Shown: piece after piece, positions 41,312-51,105 of the stretch
Layout of the letters: each line of letters opens with the position of its first letter
Position numbering within the stretch: position 1 is the first letter of the stretch
Source of the DNA: Eledone cirrhosa
Lineage: Eukaryota
Direction of reading: 5' to 3'
Length of the DNA stretch: 64,000 nucleotides
Assembly (NCBI GenBank): GCA_964016885.1
Contig: OZ024741.1
Coordinates: 319,982,001-320,046,000 of the forward strand
Position numbers and translations under genes: made by a program
The notes under the pieces: generated by a model
Databases searched by the model: none
Told to the model about the DNA's origin: nothing
What the model saw: only the letters and a program-made list of their open reading frames with translations

Positions 41312-42600
41312 AGAAAATATGAATATAAAATGAAAGTGCTTTTTTTAAAAAAGGAATTTATTAGGTATTGACATATGTTTCTGTAACAGACGGAATACCT
41401 ATGTATCGCTGCTTGCGTAATCATATAATGTTAGCAAGTATTCGATAGCAAATGTATAAACAGTTGTCACTTCTTCAGAGATTTTGGATAAATTGGATAA
41501 AATCAGAAAGATTGAAGTATTTATATTAGTAATAGAGGAAGAAGAGAGGGGATAGTATATGACAGATGGTAATTCAATTTACTGCTAAACAAGTATATAA
41601 AGGGTTTCTAATGAGAATACAATGAGTAAATGGTTTATTTTATCTAAATAAGAATTTTTGGGAGTGCCAATTTTAATCTATACTTGACCCATTGGACATT
41701 GGACAGGGCTGGTCATTTGGTGTAGTAATATTAATTATAAAGTGTCAATTGGGGAAGGGGGAGATATCGATTGCTACTGAATAACATCAATGCTAGTAGC
41801 CAGCTGGTATATGCATTAGGGAATTGAATTAAGAAATCAGAAATCTCATTTTATCTATAGCAGTTTATATTAAATGGTAAATAATAGAAGAGTTGATAGA
41901 ATTAAGACTAATAGAGAATGTTAATATGTATTTTGACAATCAAACGGAGATGGAGACAGGCGTTCAATCCTGGTAGTATTTATAATATGAAAATGTAGAT
42001 TTTAAGCGATGGTTACAGTATAACGATCGCTCTATTCTGTTATTTAATAAAATGTTTTTGGATTTCATAATACAAAATAATTCCAAATTACATAATTTAC
42101 AAAATTCCTGTCCGTGGGATTATGGAAGGGCAGACGCTATTATATCCCATTTTAGGTGAAATTGTTGGTTATTTTCACGCAGCTGCCAAGCCTTGTCTGC
42201 AAGTGTTGTTACATAACGCTGGTTTTCATGTTTTATCGAGTAACGATGTCTATAAAGGCGTGATTTGAAGGAGGTGGCTGTAGATCCCACATAGTACCAC
42301 TTCTGTCTATCCGATTCGATAGTACATTTGTATATGATGTTGCGTTCAAGACACTGATTGTTCAACGGACACATTCCTGGTTGGACAGAGTTACAATTAT
42401 AATTTTGCGTTGTTGTATTGTCATGGATGGGTTGATGAGGTTGCTTAGGTAGGACAGGATGTTGTTTGTTGTTTTGTGATGTTATAGCTAATGTTTTACG
42501 TGTATTGTTATGTGTTGGAAGGCGTTTATACAACCGTTTTGCGTTAAGCTTTTTTATATGTTGTTCAATATTAGGGGCGGTTGAATATGAAAGTCGAATA

Positions 42601-42602
<2 letters not shown>
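41312..42602 (-). mobile_element. 5'-truncated Penelope-like retroelement (GIY-YIG fragment plus 3' pLTR) in (TA)n
   Basis: Endonuclease ORF, ~600-bp 3' region, HHR-like ctgaaga...gaaa catatg tc at 41362-41485, (TA)n on both sides. Confidence 0.85.
41964..42602 (-). pseudogene. PLE GIY-YIG endonuclease, Naiad-like
   Basis: TIRLSYSTAPNI...CNS..CPLNNQCL..IIYKC..YYVGST..FKSR..H..W..W.I..ALP*SHGQEFCKLCNLE..LLNNR.E...CNH; one premature TAA at 42120-42122. Confidence 0.85.
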
Positions 42603-42667
<65 letters not shown>

Positions 42668-42817
42668 AAAGCAGCGATTCTTAAACATTAATCTGTTATT
42701 TTAATAAATATTTGCTCTTGGGTTCTTATATATCTGATATATATTTATCCTTATCCACCCCTCTTTGGATTTTAGTCTTCACATCTATTATTATTACTAT
42801 ATTATTATCCCTGTATG

Positions 42818-43025
42818 ATCTGAGTTCAAATCCCGCCGAGGTTAACTTTGCCTTTCATCCTTCCGGGGTCGATAGAATAAAGTACCAGTAATGCATTGGG
42901 TAATTGCTGGCCTTGTGCCAAAAGTAGAAACAATTATTACTATATATACGGGGTCGATAAAATAATGTACCAGTAATGTACTGGTTAATTGATGGCCTTG
43001 TGTCAAAAGTAGAAACAATTATTAC
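42818..43025 (+). mobile_element. Two 5'-truncated SINE family A copies
   Basis: Family 3' portions, each ending gaaacaattatt. Confidence 0.85.
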
Positions 43026-43216
43026 TATATATCTATATATCTATCTATCTATCTATCTATCTATATATAAATATATATATAGATAAATCTACCAAAAGTT
43101 TACGGTTGTGTCCAATCCGTATGTAGAACTCAATGTAATCCGGATATCATGAAAAGAGAAGATGCATTCAAAAACTACTTTCGCTGAAAAATAAACGGAA
43201 AACAGAGTCAAGATGA

Positions 43217-44041
43217 ATTAATAAAATAATGAATAAACAAAGAACCAGTTCCTTATATTAAAAAAATTCATCATTTTACGATCGTTTCTAGGATATATAT
43301 GTGTTAGAGTTGGTATGCATATTCTATAGATCTATGTACAATATTTATACAAACTATCAGAGGGAATATACATACCTACACATATATATGCTGTCTTCAG
43401 AAATAATGATATTTGTTTATTGAAAAAACAAAGATTCAATACAATAGGTCTGTTTGGGAACAGGTTTTGAATTGACCAATAGAGAGATAGTGAGGGTCAG
43501 GATAGTAATACAGTAGTAGAAGAACCTTAAATTATGGGTAGAGGAAGGTAGATTTCAGTTTTGGATGGAAAAGAATATTATGAATGAAGGATTATTTTAG
43601 GGAAGAAATAGGTCTTATGCTGACCTCAGAAATAATTTTATTTTTTCATTGAATAAAACCAACAAAGATCTAATATATTCTGTCTGTTTGGTAAGAGGTT
43701 TAGAATTAACCAATAGAAAGTTAATAATTGGCCAAATGGTAAAATAGTAGTAATTGAAGCTTATTTTAGGGGTGAAACTAGGTCAGGTGGTCAGTAAAAG
43801 GTATACAAGCAGTTGCTGTTATAAAATAGTAATGCCAATACAAATATCTAAGGTGACTAAAGTTTTAAGATAAGAATGTTAGTAAAAAAAATATACATCT
43901 ATGAAAAGAATATAAATTAATTTAATTGATGGGTATATTTATATTGATAAAATTATACTAATACATATAGATATGATAAATAAGAGTTAGATGCAGTTGA
44001 AAAGTGCTGTTAAAGATGAGGGGAAATTAAAAGAATATAAA

Positions 44042-44045
<4 letters not shown>
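43217..44045 (-). mobile_element. pLTR-like unit, left arm of a large inverted repeat
   Basis: 43217-43904 is the reverse complement of ~49025-49714. Confidence 0.9.
43268..43409 (-). ncRNA. Type I hammerhead with ~100-nt extended stem II, intact core
   Basis: tcattattt CTGAAGA cagcatatatatgtgt...acacatatatatccta GAAA cgatcg TA aaatgatga. Confidence 0.8.
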
Positions 44046-44074
<29 letters not shown>

Positions 44075-44113
44075 CTTATACATATATATATATATATACA
44101 TATATATACACAT

Positions 44114-44183
<70 letters not shown>

Positions 44184-44281
44184 TTATATATACATATATA
44201 TATACATATATATACATACACACACACACATACACACATATATACATATACATCATCATCATCATCATCATCATCATCATT

Positions 44282-45812
44282 TTACGTCCGCTTTTCCCTG
44301 CTTGCAAGGGTGGGACGGGTCTTATTCAGCACAGCATCTCTCCACTCGTCACGATCCCTCGTCATCTCCACCGTGAGCTTCAATGATCTGAGGTCTGTTC
44401 TCACCACCTCCGCCCATGTTTTTCGTGGTCTACCTCTACCACGTCTTCCTTCAACTGGCATTTCCTGGCACTTCTTCACCCAGCGGTCATCCTCCATGCG
44501 CATCACATGTCCATACCACCTCAGTCTCCTCTCCCGTACACTACATTCTATCCCTCTCAGACACAGTTTCTCTCTCAACCCATTTATGCTGGGTCGTTCA
44601 CGCACATTTACACTGCACATCCAACGGAGCATGCTTGCCTCATTTCTCTCCAGCCGTCGCATATCCTCTGCGGTTGCTGCCCATGTCTCACTACCATGCA
44701 GCATCGCGCTCCTCACACAGGCATCATACAACCGGCCTTTCGTACGCAGGGAGAAACCCTTCTTCGTCAACAGAGGAAGCAGCTCCCTAAACTTCTTCCA
44801 ACCCGTCCTTATTCTAGATACTATGGCCTCGGAACACCCTCCTCCCATGCTAATCTGATCTCCTAGGTACCGGAAGCTATCCACCACTTCTATAGCGCCC
44901 TCTCGCATTTGAAAAATGTGTCTATCAGTGCGACTTCTACTGTCTAATTTCCCTGTACATCTACTGCATACATATTTCTCCCTACCTGTTAGTTTGCCTG
45001 CTATCCCGCTACATCTCTTGTGTACCCAGGACCTGCATTGTGTGCATTTTATAGAATTTATGCCAGTTCCTTTTCTGCATATCGAACATGGCCATTTCCC
45101 TGACGGAATCAGGGTTTTGTCCTCTTTTCTACTCATAAACACTTTTGTCTTAGCTAGATTTACTCTCAGTCCTCTTGCTTCCAACTGCTGTTTCCATAGC
45201 CGGAATTTATTCTCTAGCTCCTCTACTGATTCTGCCATAAGAGCCAGATCGTCAGCATAGAGAAGTTCCCATGGACAGCCAGTCTTAAACTCCCCTGTTA
45301 TGGCTTGGAGGACTATAATGAACAAGAGCGGGCTGAGGACCGAACCCTGATGTACTCCTACTTGTATCTGGAATTCCTCACTAAACTCCATTCCTACCCT
45401 GACTTTACTGAGAGTACCTCTGTACAAAGTTTGCACTGTCCTCACAAGCCATTCCTCAACACCCAGCTTCCTTAGGGACCACCAGATGACAGATCGGGGT
45501 ACCCTATCAAAGGCCTTCTCTAGGTCAACAAAGGCTAAGTATAGTGGCTTATTCTTCTCTAAGAACCTCTCTTGCATTTGTCTCACCAAGACAAGGGCAT
45601 CTGTTGTACTCTTCCCAGGCACAAAACCAAACTGCATCTCATCTAGTTTGACCCTTTCTCTAATTAGTTGTGCTAAAATCCTTTCTGCCACTTTCATAAC
45701 CTGATCTATCAGTTTTATACCCCTATAATTGCTCCTCTCCAAAGCATCCCCTTTACCTTTGTAGCAATTTATGAGAATACTGCTGCACCAGTCTTTGGGT
45801 ATGACACCACCA
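44282..45812 (-). CDS. RTE ORF, C-terminal part: reverse transcriptase with PHD-like zinc finger
   Basis: [72 protein letters not shown]; joined to the upstream part by a 2-bp frameshift. Confidence 0.9.
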
Positions 45813-47400
45813 TATATATAGCCTGATTGATGATGCGTGCAACCAGTTTAGTGCCTACGTCCCCTGATGCCTTCAGCATCTCAGCAACTATTCCCGATGG
45901 TCCGGCCGCCTTACCATTTTTCATTTCCCTAATCGCCTCTTGGACCCTATATTCGTCAATCTCAATAGCTGGTCCCTCTGTCGGATCTACCAAGGGTAAT
46001 TTCTCTCTCTCCCATTCGTTCTCCACATTCATCAGTCTCTCATAATGACATTTCCAGGCCTCCTTTTTCTGGTCATTCGTGACACTAAGTACACCGGCAT
46101 CATCCCGGACACATTTATCACCAACAACATCCTGATTTGCATTGATACACTGCCTTGCAATGTGGAACACCGCACGCCTCTGATCTTCCCGTCGCAGAAC
46201 ATTGGCAAACCTCCTACTCTCTGCCTCCCTGCGTGCTAAGTACACCTGACGTCTAGCTTCTCTCTTAGTGGCTGTATATTCTTCACTACTCCCACCCTTT
46301 TCCCAAGCCTTCCATGCTAGTCTTTTGTCTCTAATAGCCTTATCTACTGTGCTGTTCCACCACCAGGTCACTCTCTGTCTGGTTGGAGCTCTGCTCCAGC
46401 CACAGGTTTCATCAGTAGCCTGCAGTAAGTTGTCACGTAAGAACTTCCAGTTATTATCTATGTCATACGTCTCTAAATCGTCTTCTTTTTCGTCATATAC
46501 ATCTTGAAGGGCTTTCCTAAATTTGAATTTTAGTGAAAGGTCTTTTAGCTTCCAGACCTTTCTTCTCCACACCTTCCTATATGTCTCATTCCATCTCTTG
46601 CTTACTGAGATATCACTAACAACTAACCTATGCTGTGGGGTACATTCTTCCCCAGGGTATGCCTTGGTATTAGACACTATCTGCCTGTCCCGCTGCCTAA
46701 CTAGCAGGAAGTCAATCTGGCTTATGTGCTCACCAGATTTGTAGGTTATTAGGTGATTGGCAGGTTTCTGGAAGTTTGTGTTGCAAATAGTCAATGTACT
46801 TGCATCACAAAATTCAAGAAGTCTCACTCCTTCTTCATTTCTTGAACCGTAACCGTGCCCACCATGTACCCCAGTGTAACCATCCTGGAGCTGTCCAACA
46901 TGACCATTGAAGTCTCCTGCTAGCATAACGATGTCTCCGTCCTCTGTCATTGTGGTTGTTTGCAAAAGTTGCTCATAAAAGCAGTCTTTCTCATCTTTGC
47001 CTAGGCCTGCTTGGGGAGCATAGACCGAGATGATTGTCAGTAGTCTCCTACCTACAACTAATCTAAGCTTAATTATTCGATTACTAACTCGAACTACCCT
47101 TATTGTCTTATTGATCCATTTCTCAGCCAGGAAAATGCCTACTCCCCCTAACCCATCATCCTTACCTACCCAGAATAGCTTATAGCTAAGACGCTTGCCT
47201 ACGACTAGTCTCGCAGAGGCACCTCTCCATCTCACCTCTTGCACGCAGCACACATCCACCTGCCTTCTCTCCAGCATCTCCGCTATTTCAGCAGATCTAC
47301 CTCTGAGAGTGCCAACATTAAGTGTTGCAACTCTGAGATGCGACGTCTTCATATTTTTCTCTATGCTGTTTTGTTGCTGTGCTGATAAGCTTTTTGGCAT
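45769..47400 (-). CDS. RTE ORF, N-terminal part: AP endonuclease and linker
   Basis: ATLNVGTL, VQEVRW, SVYAPQ, AGDFNGHVG, SQIDF, QHRLV, GKAAGPSGIVAEMLK. Confidence 0.9.
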   Translation of the reverse strand: MPKSLSAQQQNSIEKNMKTSHLRVATLNVGTLRGRSAEIAEMLERRQVDVCCVQEVRWRGASARLVVGKRLSYKLFWVGKDDGLGGVGIFLAEKWINKTIRVVRVSNRIIKLRLVVGRRLLTIISVYAPQAGLGKDEKDCFYEQLLQTTTMTEDGDIVMLAGDFNGHVGQLQDGYTGVHGGHGYGSRNEEGVRLLEFCDASTLTICNTNFQKPANHLITYKSGEHISQIDFLLVRQRDRQIVSNTKAYPGEECTPQHRLVVSDISVSKRWNETYRKVWRRKVWKLKDLSLKFKFRKALQDVYDEKEDDLETYDIDNNWKFLRDNLLQATDETCGWSRAPTRQRVTWWWNSTVDKAIRDKRLAWKAWEKGGSSEEYTATKREARRQVYLARREAESRRFANVLRREDQRRAVFHIARQCINANQDVVGDKCVRDDAGVLSVTNDQKKEAWKCHYERLMNVENEWEREKLPLVDPTEGPAIEIDEYRVQEAIREMKNGKAAGPSGIVAEMLKASGDVGTKLVARIINQAIYMVVSYPKTGAAVFS

Positions 47401-48477
47401 TGATACACTGGTTGGATGCCCTTCCTAACACGAGCGCCACTTTACAGCATGGACTGGGTGCTTTTATTTGTGCCACCAGCACTAGAGAGGATGTCTTACT
47501 AGACTCAAGGGCCCTCTCTACCCCTCCATTTTACAGCATGGTCATTAAAAAAAAAAAAAAAAAAAATCTTATTGACATGACTCACACACCAATACTCATG
47601 CATACAAACCACAACCACACATACCAACACTCATTCATGCATACAATCACACACACCACTCACAAACATATATATATATACATATATTACCGACAGTACT
47701 GATACAAAATCAAAATCAAAATCAAAATCGTCAAAATCACTATCATGTCAACTGTTGACCTTTCCCAGTCCAGTTCGGCTTGTATATAATAACAATAACA
47801 GTAATAATTGTTTGCTTTACGCTGGTAATGGCGGTGGTGGATGGTGTTAGTGTGGTGGTGGTGGATGGTAACAGCGTGGTGGTGGTAGATGGTCAGTGAT
47901 GGTGGTGGCAGTTGTTGGTGCTGTAGTTGTTATTGTAGTTGTTGTCGTTGTTGCTGTTGTTGTTGTCCTTCATTTCACTGCTGCTGTTGCTGCAGACAAT
48001 GGTGTTGATGCTGTTATTGCTGTCGCATATATACAAATACATACACACACACACATTCAACACAGACGATGGTGTTGTTGCTGTTGTTGTTGTTGTTGTT
48101 GGTGTTGGTGTTGCTGCTGTTGTTGTTGTAGTTGTTGCTGTGTTGAAATCTGGTCGCATCCACTGAGATATACATATACACACACATACACATATGTATA
48201 TACACATACATACATCAAAAGAGAGTCAGCAGTATGTCAACAGGGGACAGGACAGCGACCTTAGAGTAATGTGGTGATGGGGGGGGGGGGAGCGAGTGTA
48301 GGCGTTATTGTTATTGTGGTGACGGGGGGGTCAGTGAGATGTTACAAGTTCATAGATCACTTCTCTCTTTTCCTCTCTCTTCAAAATTTTGAATTTATGG
48401 CCTTTTGCAATGGCGGACAAGTATATATAATATATATATATGAAGCAAAGAAAAGAAAATTTTTTTTCCACTGATAT

Positions 48478-48790
48478 GAAAGATTTCCTGGTAGAAGTTC
48501 AGGTGTATTCAGTGATTGGTATCCAGTTTCGGGGTATCCAATTAGAAAATCCAACGAATCTTTAAGAGGGGTCCACGCAAGCATTGATATATATATATAT
48601 ATATATATATAAAATGCAAGCAGAAATAACAACGAAAGATTTCCTGGTAGAGGTTCAGGTGTATTCAGTGTTGGTATCCAGTGTCGGGGTATCCAATTAG
48701 AAAATCCAACGAATTTTTGAGAGGGGTCCACGCAAGCATATATATAGATATATATATGTATATATGCAAAATGCAAGCAGAAATAACAAC
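48478..48790. repeat. Two-unit tandem repeat (~155 bp)
   Basis: gaaagatttcctggtag...gtccacgcaagcat..aaaatgcaagcagaaataacaac occurs twice. Confidence 0.85.
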
Positions 48791-49024
48791 ACATATACTA
48801 ATGAACATACATTAAACACAGAGGGACTGTAAATGATAATAGCAATATCTAGATATAAATGTAGATATCTCTATTGGTCTCATAAATTTTAAATTTTCTC
48901 TTTCCTCTTGTGTGTGTGTGTAGCAACACGTGGTTGTGTGTTGCTGCTGACTCTAGCAGAGCCCAAGAAAATACGTCTTACCCTAACAGCCGCTGCTCCC
49001 TATATACATATATATACATATATA

Positions 49025-49711
49025 TTCATAGATGTATATTTTTTTTACTAACATTCTTATCTTAAAACTTTAGTCACCTTAGATATTTGTATTGGCATTA
49101 CTATTTTATAACAGCAACTGCTTGTATACCTTTTACTGACCACCTGACCTAGTTTCACCCCTAAAATAAGCTTCAATTACTACTATTTTACCATTTGGCC
49201 AATTATTAACTTTCTATTGGTTAATTCTAAACCTCTTACCAAACAGACAGAATATATTAGATCTTTGTTGGTTTTATTCAATGAAAAAATAAAATTATTT
49301 CTGAGGTCAGCATAAGACCTATTTCTTCCCTAAAATAATCCTTCATTCATAATATTCTTTTCCATCCAAAACTGAAATCTACCTTCCTCTACCCATAATT
49401 TAAGGTTCTTCTACTACTGTATTACTATCCTGACCCTCACTATCTCTCTATTGGTCAATTCAAAACCTGTTCCCAAACAGACCTATTGTATTGAATCTTT
49501 GTTTTTTCAATAAACAAATATCATTATTTCTGAAGACAGCATATATATGTGTAGGTATGTATATTCCCTCTGATAGTTTGTATAAATATTGTACATAGAT
49601 CTATAGAATATGCATACCAACTCTAACACATATATATCCTAGAAACGATCGTAAAATGATGAATTTTTTTAATATAAGGAACTGGTTCTTTGTTTATTCA
49701 TTATTTTATTA

Positions 49712-49714
<3 letters not shown>
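49025..49714 (+). mobile_element. pLTR-like unit, right arm of the large inverted repeat
   Basis: Reverse complement of 43217-43904; ends in (TA)n. Confidence 0.9.
49521..49662 (+). ncRNA. Type I hammerhead with extended stem II, intact core
   Basis: 9-bp stem I, CUGAAGA, GAAA, cgatcg palindrome; predicted GUA cleavage after 49653. Confidence 0.8.
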
Positions 49715-49746
<32 letters not shown>

Positions 49747-50260
49747 GATGGCTGCGCGTTGCAAATGGTGGTGCATATGAAAAAGTAAGTCCTTCATCAG
49801 TGACCCTCCAACCGTCCCAGGCATTTCATCGCTTTAAGGGCCATATGCCTCAGGTTGGTGCGAACAACGGCTAAAAAAAGTCGTTGGGACACGTAAATAA
49901 AGGGGACGTTAGGGTAACAAACAAAATGGTTTAAGCAACGGAAAGTGAGAAGAAATAGACAAGTCCCAGATCTCTATGAATATAAACTCGGTGAAATCGT
50001 GAACAAGAGACAAAAGACCATCAAACCTGGTTGAAATGTGAGCAAGGAAGGAATTTCGCACAGGTCTAACGGAGGGGGGGGGGGGGGAGAAGAAGAAGAA
50101 GAAGAAGAAGAAGAAGAAGAAGAAGAAGAAGAAGAAGGGGTCTGGTCTACGAATTCGGTAAACATATGTTTTGATATATATATATATGTAAAAACACAAT
50201 TTGTTTTCGCTCTAACATAGCGGATACGTAAATTCATTCATGAGTAAATAATAATATTAT

Positions 50261-50424
50261 TAATATTCGATTTGTTTGCAAGCAAACAGCTTGTTAAGGC
50301 TCTGTGTGTTTTAGACAACTAACGTCAGCCTTTTGTTCTACCGCTGGAACAAAAGGGTGACGTTAATCGTCTGCAACACATATAGCGTTAGGCGGCTGTT
50401 TGCTTGCAAACGAATCAAATATTA
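50261..50424. repeat. MITE-like long palindrome (shorter sibling at 54019-54113)
   Basis: taatattcgatttgtttgcaagcaaacagc...gctgtttgcttgcaaacgaatcaaatatta. Confidence 0.8.
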
Positions 50425-50442
50425 ATATCATTCACTCACGAA

Positions 50443-50532
<90 letters not shown>

Positions 50533-50536
<4 letters not shown>

Positions 50537-50683
50537 AACGAGTAGGACCCCGACAGCTGAGCTCAAGCCGTTTCGACGGCGAATTCTGGACTAATTTAGT
50601 CTATTACCCACTCTACTACCCTAAGTATTGAGTACTTTGGTGCGTTATGGTCCATCTGGTTCCTTACCACATTTCCTTCGTTA
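50533..50683. mobile_element. Rearranged copy of the 32276-32470 family in (TA)n
   Basis: Same two segments, with the opposite one inverted. Confidence 0.75.
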
Positions 50684-51000
50684 TATATATATATATATAT
50701 ATTCGCACAAAAAACAGCCAAATGCAGGAGTAAATGGTACAATTAGTATTAGTTTCACGCTTAGTGAGAGTGGGGGTATGTGATTATAATATTTATGCTG
50801 GAACACACCATATATTTAAAGATTGAAAAGAAAATTTAAGGTAGATATAATTAATTATCCTGAAATAGAAGCCTTCGCTCTGAAAAAAGTGAAGTGTAAA
50901 ATGTAAACACTTTCTTATATTACTCCCTACAAAGAAAAGTATAAGAGATTATTCTCATGCCTTTCATATATCATCGAGCCCTCATAAGAGGATAAAACTA

Positions 51001-51105
51001 TAATTGTTTCTACTTTTGGCACAAGGCCAGCAAATTACCCAGTGTATTACGGGTACTTTATTTTATCGACCCCGTAAGGATGAAAGGCAAAGTTAACCTC
51101 GGTAG
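51001..51105 (-). mobile_element. 5'-truncated SINE family A
   Basis: Family 3' half. Confidence 0.85.

Larger units (their letters stand above)
44251..47540 (-). mobile_element. Near-intact RTE-clade LINE
   Basis: Single APE+RT ORF, 3' hairpin cgtcc...ggacg, (GAT)n tail, short 5' UTR. Confidence 0.95.

Noticed and set aside
41490-41960. SECIS element in the PLE 3' region
   Set aside because: No convincing AUGA/AA/GA stem by eye and no in-frame TGA in the fragment; SECISearch would be needed.
44310-47428. Plus-strand ORFs over the RTE (and antisense ORFs over Tx1 and Dong)
   Set aside because: Antisense shadows of the retroelement reading frames.
49790-49806. ctgatga aggac on the minus strand
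   Set aside because: No matching gtcc-gaaa half was found; at best a truncated motif.
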